64,000 nt of DNA. Origin: Polyangiales bacterium (lineage in GTDB: Bacteria > Myxococcota_A > Polyangia > Polyangiales > Polyangiaceae). The position numbers and the translations under genes were made by a program. Positions 40,285 to 50,112 of this stretch are shown in pieces. Within the stretch, counting starts at the first letter, position 1, and the number at the start of each line of letters is the position of its first letter. Below the pieces are notes generated by a model. It was not told where the DNA came from, made no database searches, and was given only the letters and a program-made list of their open reading frames with translations. The DNA lies in the NCBI GenBank assembly GCA_038231275.1, contig JBBRLQ010000023.1:32001-96000 (forward strand). The letters run 5' to 3'.

Positions 40285-40632
40285 ATGTCCGCTTTTCGTT
40301 CGGTCTTCGTTGTTTCGGTCGTCGCTTCCATCGCAGTCGTCGCCGCGTGCAACGGCGACGACACGGTCGCGCCCAACGGCACGCACAGCTCGACGTCGTC
40401 GTCGTCGTCCGGCAGCACCGGCGCGTCCGGGAGCGGCAGCAGTGGCACCTCGTCCGGCACGCCAAGCTTGCCGCCGCCGGCCCCGCCTCCGCCGACTCCT
40501 CCTCCGCCTCCGCCCGTGGACGCCGGCAAGAAGGACGGCGGCGACGCAGGCGACGCCGGTAAGGACGCAGTCGCGAACGACACAGGCGCGGACGCCGACG
40601 ACGGCGCGGCCGACGCAAGCGACTCCGGCTGA
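40285..40632 (+). CDS. Small low-complexity lipoprotein
   Basis: GAGGAGG Shine-Dalgarno, lipobox VVAAC, Ser/Gly, Pro and DAG tracts. Confidence 0.7.
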   Translation: MSAFRSVFVVSVVASIAVVAACNGDDTVAPNGTHSSTSSSSSGSTGASGSGSSGTSSGTPSLPPPAPPPPTPPPPPPVDAGKKDGGDAGDAGKDAVANDTGADADDGAADASDSG

Positions 40633-40660
40633 GCCGATAGCCCCAGACCAGGAAACGAGA

Positions 40661-40700
40661 TCGCGGAGCCTGATTCTCGACGGAGAATCAGGCTCGGCGA
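40661..40700. terminator. Hairpin between convergent genes (probable terminator)
   Basis: GAGCCTGATTCTC-GACG-GAGAATCAGGCTC, a perfect 13-bp stem extended by TCGC/GCGA. Confidence 0.65.
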
Positions 40701-40704
40701 CGTC

Positions 40705-42189
40705 TTAGTTTGCGGGGCGGACGGTAACGTTCGCGGAGTAGGTCGGCATCGCGAAGGCAGGGACCTTCGCCTTGCCGAGCGCCGCCTTGATGCAACCCTC
40801 GGCCGGCTTGCCTGCGGCGTTGCCGGTGACGATCACGCTCTGCACGCTGCCGTTCGATCCGAACGTCACCGCGGCGCGTGAGACGGGCTCGTCCTGCTTG
40901 AGGCACGCACGCGCCGCGGGGAGGGCCGCGCCGATCGCGCCGGTGACCGCGCCCTGCGAGGGCTTCTGCGGGACGCTGCCCGCGGCGATCGCCGGATCGG
41001 TCGCCGCGGGAGCCGCGGGCGTCGTGTCCTGAGACGCCGGCGTGGGCGCCGGGGTCACGGCGGCCGACTGCTTGATCGCGTCGGCGAGCGCACCGGTCGG
41101 TCCGGGCGCGGGCGGAAGATCCTTCGCGACGAGCTTCGGATCGATTTTGTCGGTCTTGTCCGTCGGGTCGGCCTTCGCGACGCGTGCGCCGCCGGCCTTC
41201 TTGGGCGCCGCGTTCGGGGCCGTCGCCACCTTGCCGCCACCGCCGACGGCACCCTTGGTCGGATCGTCGGTCTTGCTCGTGTCGTCCGCCGGCGTCGCCG
41301 TCGCGAGCGCGACCGGAGCTGCGGCCGGAGCGGTCGTCGCCAAAGGAGCAGCCTCGGCGTTCGGATCGGCCGGCGCCGGGACGATCATCGCCACCGCCTG
41401 CGCCGCCCTCTTCGCCTGCTGCGCCTTCACGACGAAGAACGCGCCCGCCGCCATCGCGGCGATCGCCGCCACGCCGCCGATCAGGAGGAGCCCGCTGCTC
41501 TTCTTCTTATCGTTCTTGTCACCCTTCGCGACCTTGCCGGAGACCGGCTGACCCGAGAGCACCGCGGAGGCGACCGCGCTCGAGATGGCCGGCGCGCTCA
41601 TCGGCGCTTGCGAATTGCGCAGCGAGCTCGGCGGCTGGCTGTTGCGGTCTTCCTCGTCGAACAGCGGCTGCGACGCGAGCGGCGTGCTCTGCGCGCGGCT
41701 CGAAGCCATCGGGTCGGACGCGGCGGCAGCCTTCAAATCGACGACGCCCGAGTCGCTCGCGTGCGCTTCTGCGGCGCGGAGGATACCGCTGGGCGGCGAG
41801 CTGACCGGTTGGGAGCGAACCGAGGGCGGCGGCGGCGTGTTCGCCATCCGGGCCAGATCCTGAAAGCTCCGCCTCTCGCGCGTCGACGTCGTCGTGCTGC
41901 TTGCCATCTTTCCCTCCAGGGACTGCCCGACAGAGGCGCTTCGGCTCGAAGGAGCCACGCCTACCCCAGTTGAAGCGGCCGTCTTATGACCTTCTTCGGG
42001 CGTCGATGGAAGAGGTGGATCCAAGAAATTTTCAGTGCCGATGTGTGCTTTTGTCGGTGAGTTCGCGACCTTGGCGTCCACCTCGCTGGCGCGCGCCTCC
42101 CAATCTTCCGCAGAAATCGCGGGCTCCGGCCACTCGCCGAGGGTCTTGAGCAGCGCGCGATCGCTCGCGTCTTTCCGCGTCTCACTCAC
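40705..42189 (-). CDS. Single-pass membrane protein, probable anti-sigma factor with TonB-C/AgmX-like C-terminal domain
   Basis: Directly follows the ECF sigma; one TM, Pro/Ala linker, C-terminal ARAC...VTFGSNGSVQSV...AEGCI......VPAF. Confidence 0.65.
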   Translation of the reverse strand: MSETRKDASDRALLKTLGEWPEPAISAEDWEARASEVDAKVANSPTKAHIGTENFLDPPLPSTPEEGHKTAASTGVGVAPSSRSASVGQSLEGKMASSTTTSTRERRSFQDLARMANTPPPPSVRSQPVSSPPSGILRAAEAHASDSGVVDLKAAAASDPMASSRAQSTPLASQPLFDEEDRNSQPPSSLRNSQAPMSAPAISSAVASAVLSGQPVSGKVAKGDKNDKKKSSGLLLIGGVAAIAAMAAGAFFVVKAQQAKRAAQAVAMIVPAPADPNAEAAPLATTAPAAAPVALATATPADDTSKTDDPTKGAVGGGGKVATAPNAAPKKAGGARVAKADPTDKTDKIDPKLVAKDLPPAPGPTGALADAIKQSAAVTPAPTPASQDTTPAAPAATDPAIAAGSVPQKPSQGAVTGAIGAALPAARACLKQDEPVSRAAVTFGSNGSVQSVIVTGNAAGKPAEGCIKAALGKAKVPAFAMPTYSANVTVRPAN

Positions 42190-42190
42190 G

Positions 42191-42784
42191 TCACAAACTC
42201 CCTTCTTCCAAGTCGAAACCCCGTTCGGACAGAAACTCCCTCAGTTTGCGCCGCGCCTCGTGCACGCGCCACGCGATCGTCCCCTCCGGTGCGCCGAGGA
42301 TTTGCGCCGCGTCCTCGTGCGAGCGGCCGTCGATGCAGACCAAAATGAGGGTCGTCCGCAGCGTCTCGCTCAGCTTGTCGATCCCCTCGCAAAGGGTGAA
42401 GTAGAGCTCTTTGCGCGACGCTTGACCTCGCGGATCGCTCGAGGGGCCGCTACCCTTCTCGCTGAGGAGCGCGTCGAGGCGGGGATCGTCGGAGTCCGCG
42501 CCCGTCCGAGCGGTCTTGCGCGCGCGGATCGTGTTGAGCGAGAGGTTCACCGTGATCCGGTAAAACCAGGTGTAGGGCTCGCTCCTGCCGTCGAAGCGGG
42601 CGAGCGCCTGGTAGGCGCGGATGAACGTCTCTTGCGTGACGTCCTCGGCCTCCGCCCGATCGCGCAACATGTGCACCGCGAGGCGATGAATGCGCGGCTG
42701 ATGGCGTCGAACCAGCTGGCCAAAGGCCAGGTTGTCTCCGCTCTTGGCGCGATCGACCAGATCGCGATCGGTCAGCTTTGCCAT
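42191..42784 (-). CDS. ECF RNA polymerase sigma factor
   Basis: AFGQLVRRHQ, AEDVTQETFIRAY, TWFYRI..N and region 4 GTIAWRVHEARRKL; an alternative start at 42847 is possible. Confidence 0.93.
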   Translation of the reverse strand: MAKLTDRDLVDRAKSGDNLAFGQLVRRHQPRIHRLAVHMLRDRAEAEDVTQETFIRAYQALARFDGRSEPYTWFYRITVNLSLNTIRARKTARTGADSDDPRLDALLSEKGSGPSSDPRGQASRKELYFTLCEGIDKLSETLRTTLILVCIDGRSHEDAAQILGAPEGTIAWRVHEARRKLREFLSERGFDLEEGSL

Positions 42785-43149
42785 CGGCCTTCCGGTGGTG
42801 TTCGCGCTTCTACTGGACAGAGCGCCTCCACCTCCACCTTGATGCATCTGCGCCGGGATCGAGACGACCTCGAAGTCAGCGAGGAGCAACTCCGGGCAGG
42901 ACGATAGCGTAAGCACGCCTCTTTTAACAATTAAGCCGGGGGTTACCTTGGATCGCGCGGGCTTCCGGAGGGCGTTTTTCGGATAGGGCAACCCCTCGTA
43001 ATGAATCGTAAACGGTCGCCGATCGCCTGAAAAAGGAGGAAGATGCTGCCGGTGGAGCGCGTTGGCGACGCGTCAATCGTCTCGGGCATCGAAATTTCGC
43101 CCCGGCGCCCTACGACTACGCGCCGACCCGCTTTCTACTGGAGACCCGC

Positions 43150-44499
43150 ATGGCCGATACGTCCGCAGTGACCGAAGAGCTCCGTCGCGCGCTGCAAGCA
43201 GAAGAAGGTGGTCGCCGCTGGGTGCGGCGCGGCATGATCGCGGGCGGCATCGCGCTCGTGATCGGCGCGGGCCTGTTGTGGCGGGCGAAGCACCAACCGC
43301 CGCCGCCGGCGAAGTTCGTGAGCGCGCAGGTCGCCGTGGGGGACATCGCGGAGAAGGTGCAGGCCACCGGCGCCGTGCAGCCGCTCCTGCAAGTCAACGT
43401 CGGCGCGCAGGTCAACGGACGCGTGACGCGCGTTCTCGTCGACTTCAACACGCTCGTTCACAAAGGGGACGTGCTCGCCGAGATCGATCCTTCGATTTAC
43501 GGCACGCAGGTGGCCTCGCAGCAGTCGCAGGTCGCGGCGCAGCGCGCGCAGCTCGAGCAAGCGCGCGCGCAGAGCCAGACCGCGAAGGCGCAGGTCGAGA
43601 CCGCGCGCGCGCAGATGGACACGACGAAGGCGCAGTACGATCGCGTCAAGCGCCTCTTCGAGCAGAACCTCGCCAGCAAGGGGGATCTCGACGCCGCGAA
43701 GGGGGCCTACGACGGCGCGAAGGCGCAACACGACGCCGCGAGCGCCACGTTCGACGCGTCGAGCGCCGCCGTGAACAGCGCGCATGCCAGCATCGGCGCG
43801 CAGCAGGCGCAGCTGAACCAGATGACGACGAACCTCGGCTACACGAAGATCTACGCCCCGGTCGACGGCGTCGTCGTCACGCGCAGCATCGATCCGGGCG
43901 CCACCGTCGTCGCGAGCTTCCAGGCGCCGGTCCTGTTCGTCATCGCGCAGGACTTGAAGAAGATGCGCGTCCTCGCCGACGTCGACGAGGCAGACGTCGG
44001 CAAGCTCAAGGACGGCATGGAGGCCGACGCCGTCGTCGACGCGTTCCCGGGCGAGGCGTTCCACGGCGTCGTCCAGCAAGTCCGCTTCAGCCCCAACAAC
44101 GTGCAGGGCGTCGTCACCTACTCGGCGGTCATCGAGGTGCAGAACCCCGATGAGAAGCTGCGCCCCGGCATGACCGCGACCGTGACCATCAAGACGCGCG
44201 AGGTGAAGGGCGCGCTTCGAATTCCCAACGCGTCGCTTCGCTACAAGCCGAGCCCGCCGCTCGGGCCCGATGGCAAGCCGGTCCTCCAGACCCCCGAGCC
44301 GCCGCTCGCGAAGGGGCAGGGGCGTATCTGGGTCATCACGAGCGAGAAGCCTGGCGAAGAGAAGGACGAGCAGAAGCTCATCGGCGTCGGCATCACCGAC
44401 GGTGTCTTCACCGAGCTCCTCCCGGGCCCGGTGGCCGCGGGCGCGAAGATCGTCACCGACGAGAACGAGACCGACGACAAGAAGAAGAAGGGGAAGTAA
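43150..44499 (+). CDS. MacA-like periplasmic adaptor (membrane fusion protein)
   Basis: ATGAVQP..VNVGAQVNG, IYAPVDGVV, VDEADVG and KLRPGMTA motifs; long coiled coil. Confidence 0.93.
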   Translation: MADTSAVTEELRRALQAEEGGRRWVRRGMIAGGIALVIGAGLLWRAKHQPPPPAKFVSAQVAVGDIAEKVQATGAVQPLLQVNVGAQVNGRVTRVLVDFNTLVHKGDVLAEIDPSIYGTQVASQQSQVAAQRAQLEQARAQSQTAKAQVETARAQMDTTKAQYDRVKRLFEQNLASKGDLDAAKGAYDGAKAQHDAASATFDASSAAVNSAHASIGAQQAQLNQMTTNLGYTKIYAPVDGVVVTRSIDPGATVVASFQAPVLFVIAQDLKKMRVLADVDEADVGKLKDGMEADAVVDAFPGEAFHGVVQQVRFSPNNVQGVVTYSAVIEVQNPDEKLRPGMTATVTIKTREVKGALRIPNASLRYKPSPPLGPDGKPVLQTPEPPLAKGQGRIWVITSEKPGEEKDEQKLIGVGITDGVFTELLPGPVAAGAKIVTDENETDDKKKKGK

Positions 44500-45755
44500 T
44501 GGCCGCCGCGGAGGTCCTCCCGACGGCGCATGGGCGCGGCGATCCCGAGGTCTTGATCGAGATCAAGAGCGTCGCCAAGGACTACGTCTCGGCGGCCGGC
44601 GTCGTGCGCGCGCTGCGCGAGGTCGACATCGAAATCCGGCAGGGCGAGTTCGTGGCCGTCGTCGGCACGAGCGGCAGCGGGAAGTCGACGCTGATGAACA
44701 TCCTCGGCTGCCTCGATCGGCCGACCCACGGCACCTACTCACTCGCCGGCCTCGACGTCGGCGCGCGTACGAACGACGGGCGCGCCATCGTCCGAAATCG
44801 CCTCATTGGCTTCATTTTCCAGGGATTCAACCTGCTCCCGCGCACGACGGCGCTCGAGAACGTCGAGCTGCCGCTCCAGTACCGCGGCGTACCGGCCGCC
44901 GATCGCCGGAAGCGCGCGCTGGCGTCGCTTGCACAAGTCGGTCTCCAAGATCGCGTGCATCATACACCCAACCAACTCTCCGGCGGGCAGCAGCAGCGCG
45001 TGGCCATTGCCCGCGCGCTCGTCACCGATCCGCCGCTGCTCCTCGCCGACGAGCCGACCGGCAACTTGGACACCCGCACCAGCCTCGAGGTCCTCGCGCT
45101 CCTCCAGGAGCTCAATCGCAAGGACCGCATCACGATCGTGCTGGTCACCCACGAGCGCGACATCGCCGCGTGCGCGTCGCGCGTCATCACGTTCCGCGAC
45201 GGCCGCGTGCTCACCGACATCACGCAGGAGAAACCGCTCGACGCCGCGGCCGCGCTCGCCGACCTGCCCACGCCGCAAGATGGCCCCAGTCAAGGCGCCG
45301 AAGACGACGACGAGGACCCCGTGCTTGCCGCCCGGATGCGTCGCGGCGGTCCGGTTCCGTTCGCCGTCTACGGCGCGATGTTGGGCGGCTCCATCCTCGG
45401 CGCCTTGGTCGGGCTCCTCTACAATGCCGTCGTCCTCGAGGCGAAGGTCGCGTGGGTCATCGTCCTCGCGGCGGCGCTCGGCGAGTCGCTGCTGGCGGCG
45501 CGGGTTGGGAGGAGCAAGCTCGGGCGACCGCTGACGGGCGATCAGCGCGCGCGCATGGCGATCGGGTACACGATCGCGACCGCGCTCGTGGTGGCGCCGT
45601 TCCTCCTCTACCGCGTGCCGCTCCCGATCGCGTCGCGCCTCGAGGGCCTGAGTGCCAGCGGCGTCGCTGCGGCGGGCGCCGTGTTCGTGCTCGCCCTCGC
45701 CGCACTCGCGCTCCTGCGTTTCCTCCTCCTGTCGCTCCTCGGGCCGAGGAAGTGA
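44499..45755 (+). CDS. MacB/LolD-type ABC ATPase with extra C-terminal 4-TM extension
   Basis: GTSGSGKSTLMNILGCLD, LSGGQQQRVAIARAL, DEPTGNLD and VTHE; hydrophobic tail of ~130 aa. Confidence 0.9.
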   Translation: MAAAEVLPTAHGRGDPEVLIEIKSVAKDYVSAAGVVRALREVDIEIRQGEFVAVVGTSGSGKSTLMNILGCLDRPTHGTYSLAGLDVGARTNDGRAIVRNRLIGFIFQGFNLLPRTTALENVELPLQYRGVPAADRRKRALASLAQVGLQDRVHHTPNQLSGGQQQRVAIARALVTDPPLLLADEPTGNLDTRTSLEVLALLQELNRKDRITIVLVTHERDIAACASRVITFRDGRVLTDITQEKPLDAAAALADLPTPQDGPSQGAEDDDEDPVLAARMRRGGPVPFAVYGAMLGGSILGALVGLLYNAVVLEAKVAWVIVLAAALGESLLAARVGRSKLGRPLTGDQRARMAIGYTIATALVVAPFLLYRVPLPIASRLEGLSASGVAAAGAVFVLALAALALLRFLLLSLLGPRK

Positions 45756-45756
45756 C

Positions 45757-46980
45757 GTGATCGCGCTCCTCTACACCGCGATCCGGCTCGCCCTCGGCGC
45801 GATCGCGCGCAACAAGACGCGCGCCGCGCTGACCGTCCTCGGGATCTTGATCGGCGTGAGCGCGGTCGTGATGGTGACGGCGCTCGCCGGTGGCGCGTCG
45901 CAGCTCGTGGTCGGACAGATCGACAGCTTCGGCTCGAACATGCTCTTCGTGAACCCGCAGCCGACGCAGACGAGCGGCGCGCGGAGCAAGGCGATCGGCC
46001 GCCTGACCGAGAACGATGGCCGCGCGATCGCGCGCGAGGCGGTCAGCGTGGCGAAGGTTGCCCCGTTCATCGCGTCGTTCGGTCAGGTGGTCTACGCCGA
46101 CCAGAACGTCTCGACGACGCTCATCGGCACCACCATCGACTACTTCGAGATTCGGAAATTCAAGGTCGCGAAGGGCGATCTCTGGAGCGAGTCGGACGAG
46201 CTCATCAAGAGCAAAGTCCTCCTGCTGGGGATGACGGTCGCCGACAAGCTCTTCGGGGCCTCCGATCCGATCGGCAGGACGGTTCGTATCGGTCGCTACC
46301 CCTTCAAAGTGATCGGCGTCCTCGGACCTCGCGGCACGTCGCCGTTCGGAGAAGATCAGGACGATCGCCTCATCATGCCGATCGGCTCGTTTCGCGGGCG
46401 CGTCATGTTCACGGCGCCTGGTCGCGCCGACATGCTGATCGCGAGCTCGACGAGTGACGAGACCACGAACCGGGCGGCCGATCAGATCACGTCGATCCTG
46501 CGCCAGCGTCACCGCATCGCCGCCGATCGCGACTCCGATTTCACGGTGAACTCGCAGGCCGAGTTCCGGAAGACGACCGAAGGGATCACCACGGCGCTCT
46601 CGCTCCTCCTCCTCAGCGTGGCGGCGGTGAGCCTGCTCGTCGGCGGCATCGGCGTCATGAACATCATGCTGGTGTCGGTCGCCGAGCGGACGCGCGAGAT
46701 CGGCATCCGCATGTCGATCGGCGCACGAAGCCGGGACATCCTCACGCAGTTCCTGGTGGAGGCGGTGGTGCTCTCGATGATCGGCGGGATTTTCGGCATG
46801 ATCATCGGCGTCGGTACGGTCCTCGGCATCGGCCGCGCGCTCGATTGGCCGGTGACGCCGACAGGTCCCGCGATCGCCGTCGCGGTGCTCACCAGCGTCG
46901 TCATTGGCATCGTCTTCGGCTTTTTGCCGGCGCGTCGCGCGGCGTCGCTCGATCCCATCGAAGCGTTGAGGGTCGAGTGA
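45757..46980 (+). CDS. MacB/FtsX-type ABC permease 1
   Basis: LTVLGILIGV, GGIGVMNIMLVSV.ERTREIGIR and PARRAASLDPIEALR motifs. Confidence 0.93.
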   Translation: MIALLYTAIRLALGAIARNKTRAALTVLGILIGVSAVVMVTALAGGASQLVVGQIDSFGSNMLFVNPQPTQTSGARSKAIGRLTENDGRAIAREAVSVAKVAPFIASFGQVVYADQNVSTTLIGTTIDYFEIRKFKVAKGDLWSESDELIKSKVLLLGMTVADKLFGASDPIGRTVRIGRYPFKVIGVLGPRGTSPFGEDQDDRLIMPIGSFRGRVMFTAPGRADMLIASSTSDETTNRAADQITSILRQRHRIAADRDSDFTVNSQAEFRKTTEGITTALSLLLLSVAAVSLLVGGIGVMNIMLVSVAERTREIGIRMSIGARSRDILTQFLVEAVVLSMIGGIFGMIIGVGTVLGIGRALDWPVTPTGPAIAVAVLTSVVIGIVFGFLPARRAASLDPIEALRVE

Positions 46981-48194
46981 TCCGCGCCATCCTCATGGCC
47001 TTCCGGGCCATCACGCGCAACCTGCTCCGCGCGGGGCTCACCGTCCTCGGCATCCTCATCGGCGTCGCGGCGGTCGTGATCGTGACCGCGCTCGGTTCCG
47101 GCGCGCGCGACAGCGTCGCCTCGCAGATCCAGTCGATCGGCTCCAACGTCGTCATCGTCTTCCCCGAGCGCGCGCAGGTGTCGGGCGCCCGCGGCGGGCA
47201 GGGCACTGGCAACCGTCTCACCGAGGATGATGGACGCGCGATCGTGCGTGAGGCGGTGAGCGTCGCGGCTGTGGCGCCTGCGCTCCGTGCGCGCGCACAG
47301 GTGGTGAACGCCGAAAAGAACGTCTCGACGAGCGTCGTCGGCTCGACCACCGCATTTTTCACCGTCCGAAATTGGAAGGTCGTCCGCGGCGACAAATGGA
47401 CCGAGGCCGACGAGACCCTGAAGACCAAGGTGTGCCTGGTCGGGTCCACCGTGAAGAAGAATCTCTTCGGCGATCAGGACCCGATCGGTCGCACGGTGCG
47501 CATCGGTCGGTATCCCTACCGCATCATCGGCGTGCTCGAGACGAAGGGCGAGGCCCCGTTCGGCGGCGATCAGGACGACATGGTGCTGATGCCCATTGGC
47601 AGCATGCGCGCGCGCGTCATGAGGACGCCGCCAGGTTTCGCCGGCGTCCTCATGATGAGCGCGACGAGCGCCGAGACCACGGATCGCGCCGTGGCGCAGG
47701 TCGATTCGATTCTGCGCCAGCGCCACCGCATCGCGCAGGACACTCCCGCCGACTTCCGCATCCAGACTCAGAAGGAGTTCCAGGAAATGCAGTCGGTCAT
47801 CTACAACCTGCTCACGGTGCTCCTCATCTTCATCGCGGGGATCAGCCTCGTGGTCGGCGGCATCGGCGTCATGAACATCATGCTGGTGTCGGTCACTGAG
47901 CGCACGCGCGAGATCGGCATCCGCATGGCCATCGGCGCGCGCGAGGCGGACATCCGCACCCAGTTCCTCGTCGAGGCTGTCGTGCTCGCGGTGATGGGCG
48001 GCGTCATCGGCGCGGCGATCGGGATCGGGACGATCAGCGCGCTCGCCAAGCTCCTCGACTGGCCGATGGCGCTCTCGCCAGTGGCGCTCACCGTGTCGGT
48101 CATGACGAGCGCGCTCACCGGCATTGCCTTCGGGTTCTTTCCGGCGCGTCGCGCGTCACGGCTCGATCCGATCGAAGCGCTTCGCCACGAATAA
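46977..48194 (+). CDS. MacB/FtsX-type ABC permease 2
   Basis: Same motifs as permease 1; tandem paralog; GTGA overlap. Confidence 0.93.
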   Translation: MIRAILMAFRAITRNLLRAGLTVLGILIGVAAVVIVTALGSGARDSVASQIQSIGSNVVIVFPERAQVSGARGGQGTGNRLTEDDGRAIVREAVSVAAVAPALRARAQVVNAEKNVSTSVVGSTTAFFTVRNWKVVRGDKWTEADETLKTKVCLVGSTVKKNLFGDQDPIGRTVRIGRYPYRIIGVLETKGEAPFGGDQDDMVLMPIGSMRARVMRTPPGFAGVLMMSATSAETTDRAVAQVDSILRQRHRIAQDTPADFRIQTQKEFQEMQSVIYNLLTVLLIFIAGISLVVGGIGVMNIMLVSVTERTREIGIRMAIGAREADIRTQFLVEAVVLAVMGGVIGAAIGIGTISALAKLLDWPMALSPVALTVSVMTSALTGIAFGFFPARRASRLDPIEALRHE

Positions 48195-48209
48195 GGTACG
48201 GTTTCGGGC

Positions 48210-49694
48210 ATGCGCTTCGAGGATCTGCCGGAGGTGAGCGGCGCCGAGCCGCTGCTCGGACACATGCGCGCGATGCGCGTCGATCGCATGGGATTCCTCC
48301 GGCGTCTCGCCGACGAGGTTGGTCGCATGTCGCGCCTCGACACGTTCGGCCGCCGCGCGGTGGTCGTGAACCATCCCGAGGTGCTGCACGAGCTCCTCGT
48401 CGAGCGTGCGCGCGCCTTCGAGAAGACGGAGGTCATGCGCTTCGCCCTTTACCCGCTCGCGGGCGAGGGGCTCTTCACGAGCAACGGAGACCTATGGCGC
48501 CGTCAGCGCAAGCTCATGGCGCCCCTGTTCCACGCGGGCCAGATGGAGCGCTACGCCAGGGACATGGTGGCCTGCGCTGCGCGCGGTCTCGCGGAGTGGA
48601 AGGACGGGCAGACGCTGCAGCTCGCGAAGGAGACCACGCGGATCACGATGAACGTGGCCGGCAAGACGCTCTTCGACGCCGACACGTTCAGCGAGGCGGA
48701 CGCCATCGGCGATGCGCTCACCGTGGCGCTCTCGTGGACCGCCGCGAATGCTCCGAGCGGGCTCGCGGTGATGCACCTCATGGCACGCAGGGTCGCCCTC
48801 GGGGCGATGCGCCGCACGAAGGGAGCCTCCTCCGCGCGCCTCGCCGAGATCGCGCAGCGGCTGCAGTCACCGGTCGTCTTCCCTGGCGCGGAGGGGCGTC
48901 GCCTTCGCGCGGCGATCGCGACACTCGACGCGCAGGTGCAGAAGATGATCGACGCGCGGCGCGGCGATCTCGAGCGGGACGATCTCCTCGCGCGGCTCCT
49001 TCGCGCGAAGGACGAGGACGGCGCGAAGATGAGCGACCGCCAGGTTCGGGACGAGATCCTCACGTTGTTCGTGGCGGGGCACGAGACGACCGCCACGGCG
49101 CTCGCGTGGGCGATCTACTGCCTCACCAAGAACCCCGAGATCTACTCCGCGGTCGAGCGCGAGATCGACGCGCTCCCCGGCGAGCCGTCGTTCGCCGACG
49201 TCGAGCGCCTGCCCCTCACGCTGCGCGTCTTCAAGGAGGCGCTGCGCCTCTACCCGGCGGTCCCGATGTTCGCGCGGCAAACGCACGCGCCCGCAACGCT
49301 CGACGGGTGCGCGCTGCCGAGCGGAACGGTCGCGATCGTGTGTCCGTGGGCGCTCCATCGCAGCCCCGACCTCTGGCCCGATCCCGAGCGCTTCGATCCG
49401 GACCGCTTCACGCCGGAGGCGGAGGCCAAGCGCCCACGCTACTCGTGGCTTCCGTTCGGCGCGGGGCCGCGCACGTGCATCGGCATGGCGTTCGCGACGA
49501 TCGAAGGGCAGCTCGTCCTCGCGTCGCTCCTCCGCCACGCCCGCTTCGAGGCCCTCGTTGACGAGGTGCCCGAGGTCAGCGCCACCTTGAGGCCGCGCTC
49601 GGGGATGCCGATGCGCGTTCGCCTCCGTCAGCGACAGAACTTGCGCCAGGCCTCCGGCAGCGGCGCGCCGAGCATCCGCTCCGCGCCGCCCTGA
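48210..49694 (+). CDS. Cytochrome P450
   Basis: AGHETT, EALRLYP, PERFDPDRF and FGAGPRTCIG heme-binding motif. Confidence 0.96.
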   Translation: MRFEDLPEVSGAEPLLGHMRAMRVDRMGFLRRLADEVGRMSRLDTFGRRAVVVNHPEVLHELLVERARAFEKTEVMRFALYPLAGEGLFTSNGDLWRRQRKLMAPLFHAGQMERYARDMVACAARGLAEWKDGQTLQLAKETTRITMNVAGKTLFDADTFSEADAIGDALTVALSWTAANAPSGLAVMHLMARRVALGAMRRTKGASSARLAEIAQRLQSPVVFPGAEGRRLRAAIATLDAQVQKMIDARRGDLERDDLLARLLRAKDEDGAKMSDRQVRDEILTLFVAGHETTATALAWAIYCLTKNPEIYSAVEREIDALPGEPSFADVERLPLTLRVFKEALRLYPAVPMFARQTHAPATLDGCALPSGTVAIVCPWALHRSPDLWPDPERFDPDRFTPEAEAKRPRYSWLPFGAGPRTCIGMAFATIEGQLVLASLLRHARFEALVDEVPEVSATLRPRSGMPMRVRLRQRQNLRQASGSGAPSIRSAPP

Positions 49695-50101
49695 TCCATC
49701 AGCACGAACGAGATCTCGCCGGTGCACACCGTCACGCCCTCTTGCGTGAGTGTCACGCCGGCGTGCACAATCCGGCTCGTTTCTCGGGCGATCCGCCCGC
49801 GCCCCTCCACGGCGACGCCGATCCGGACGGGGCGCTTCAGCTTCACCTGCACCTGCGCGGTGAAGCCGAATTTCTCGAGCAGACCGATCACCGCCCACGC
49901 GCCGATCTCGTCGACGAGCGTAGTCACGAGGCCGCCGTGCATGATGCCCGGCGGGCCTTGGTAGCGATCGCCCGGAACGAACGACGTCACCACCTCGTCG
50001 CCTTCGCGATCGAAGCGCAGACGAAATCCGATTGGGTGATCTTGGCTGCAGCCGAAGCACGGCTGGCCGAGGCCGAACGTCGACGGATCGAGCGCCGGCA
50101 C
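49628..50101 (-). CDS. PaaI-family hotdog thioesterase
   Basis: CFGCSQDHPIG and YQGPPGIMHGGLVTTLVDE motifs; start approximate. Confidence 0.88.
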   Translation of the reverse strand: MPALDPSTFGLGQPCFGCSQDHPIGFRLRFDREGDEVVTSFVPGDRYQGPPGIMHGGLVTTLVDEIGAWAVIGLLEKFGFTAQVQVKLKRPVRIGVAVEGRGRIARETSRIVHAGVTLTQEGVTVCTGEISFVLMDQGGAERMLGAPLPEAWRKFCR

Positions 50102-50112
50102 CTCGGGCTCGC

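Noticed and set aside
43043..43171. 42-codon ORF after AAGGAGG upstream of the MacA-like gene
   Set aside because: Shine-Dalgarno spacing is only 3 nt and codon usage is atypical; no further support.
43150..50101. Exporter, P450 and thioesterase as a biosynthetic gene cluster
   Set aside because: No synthase or precursor peptide found; the P450 has its own -10 box and the thioesterase is convergent.
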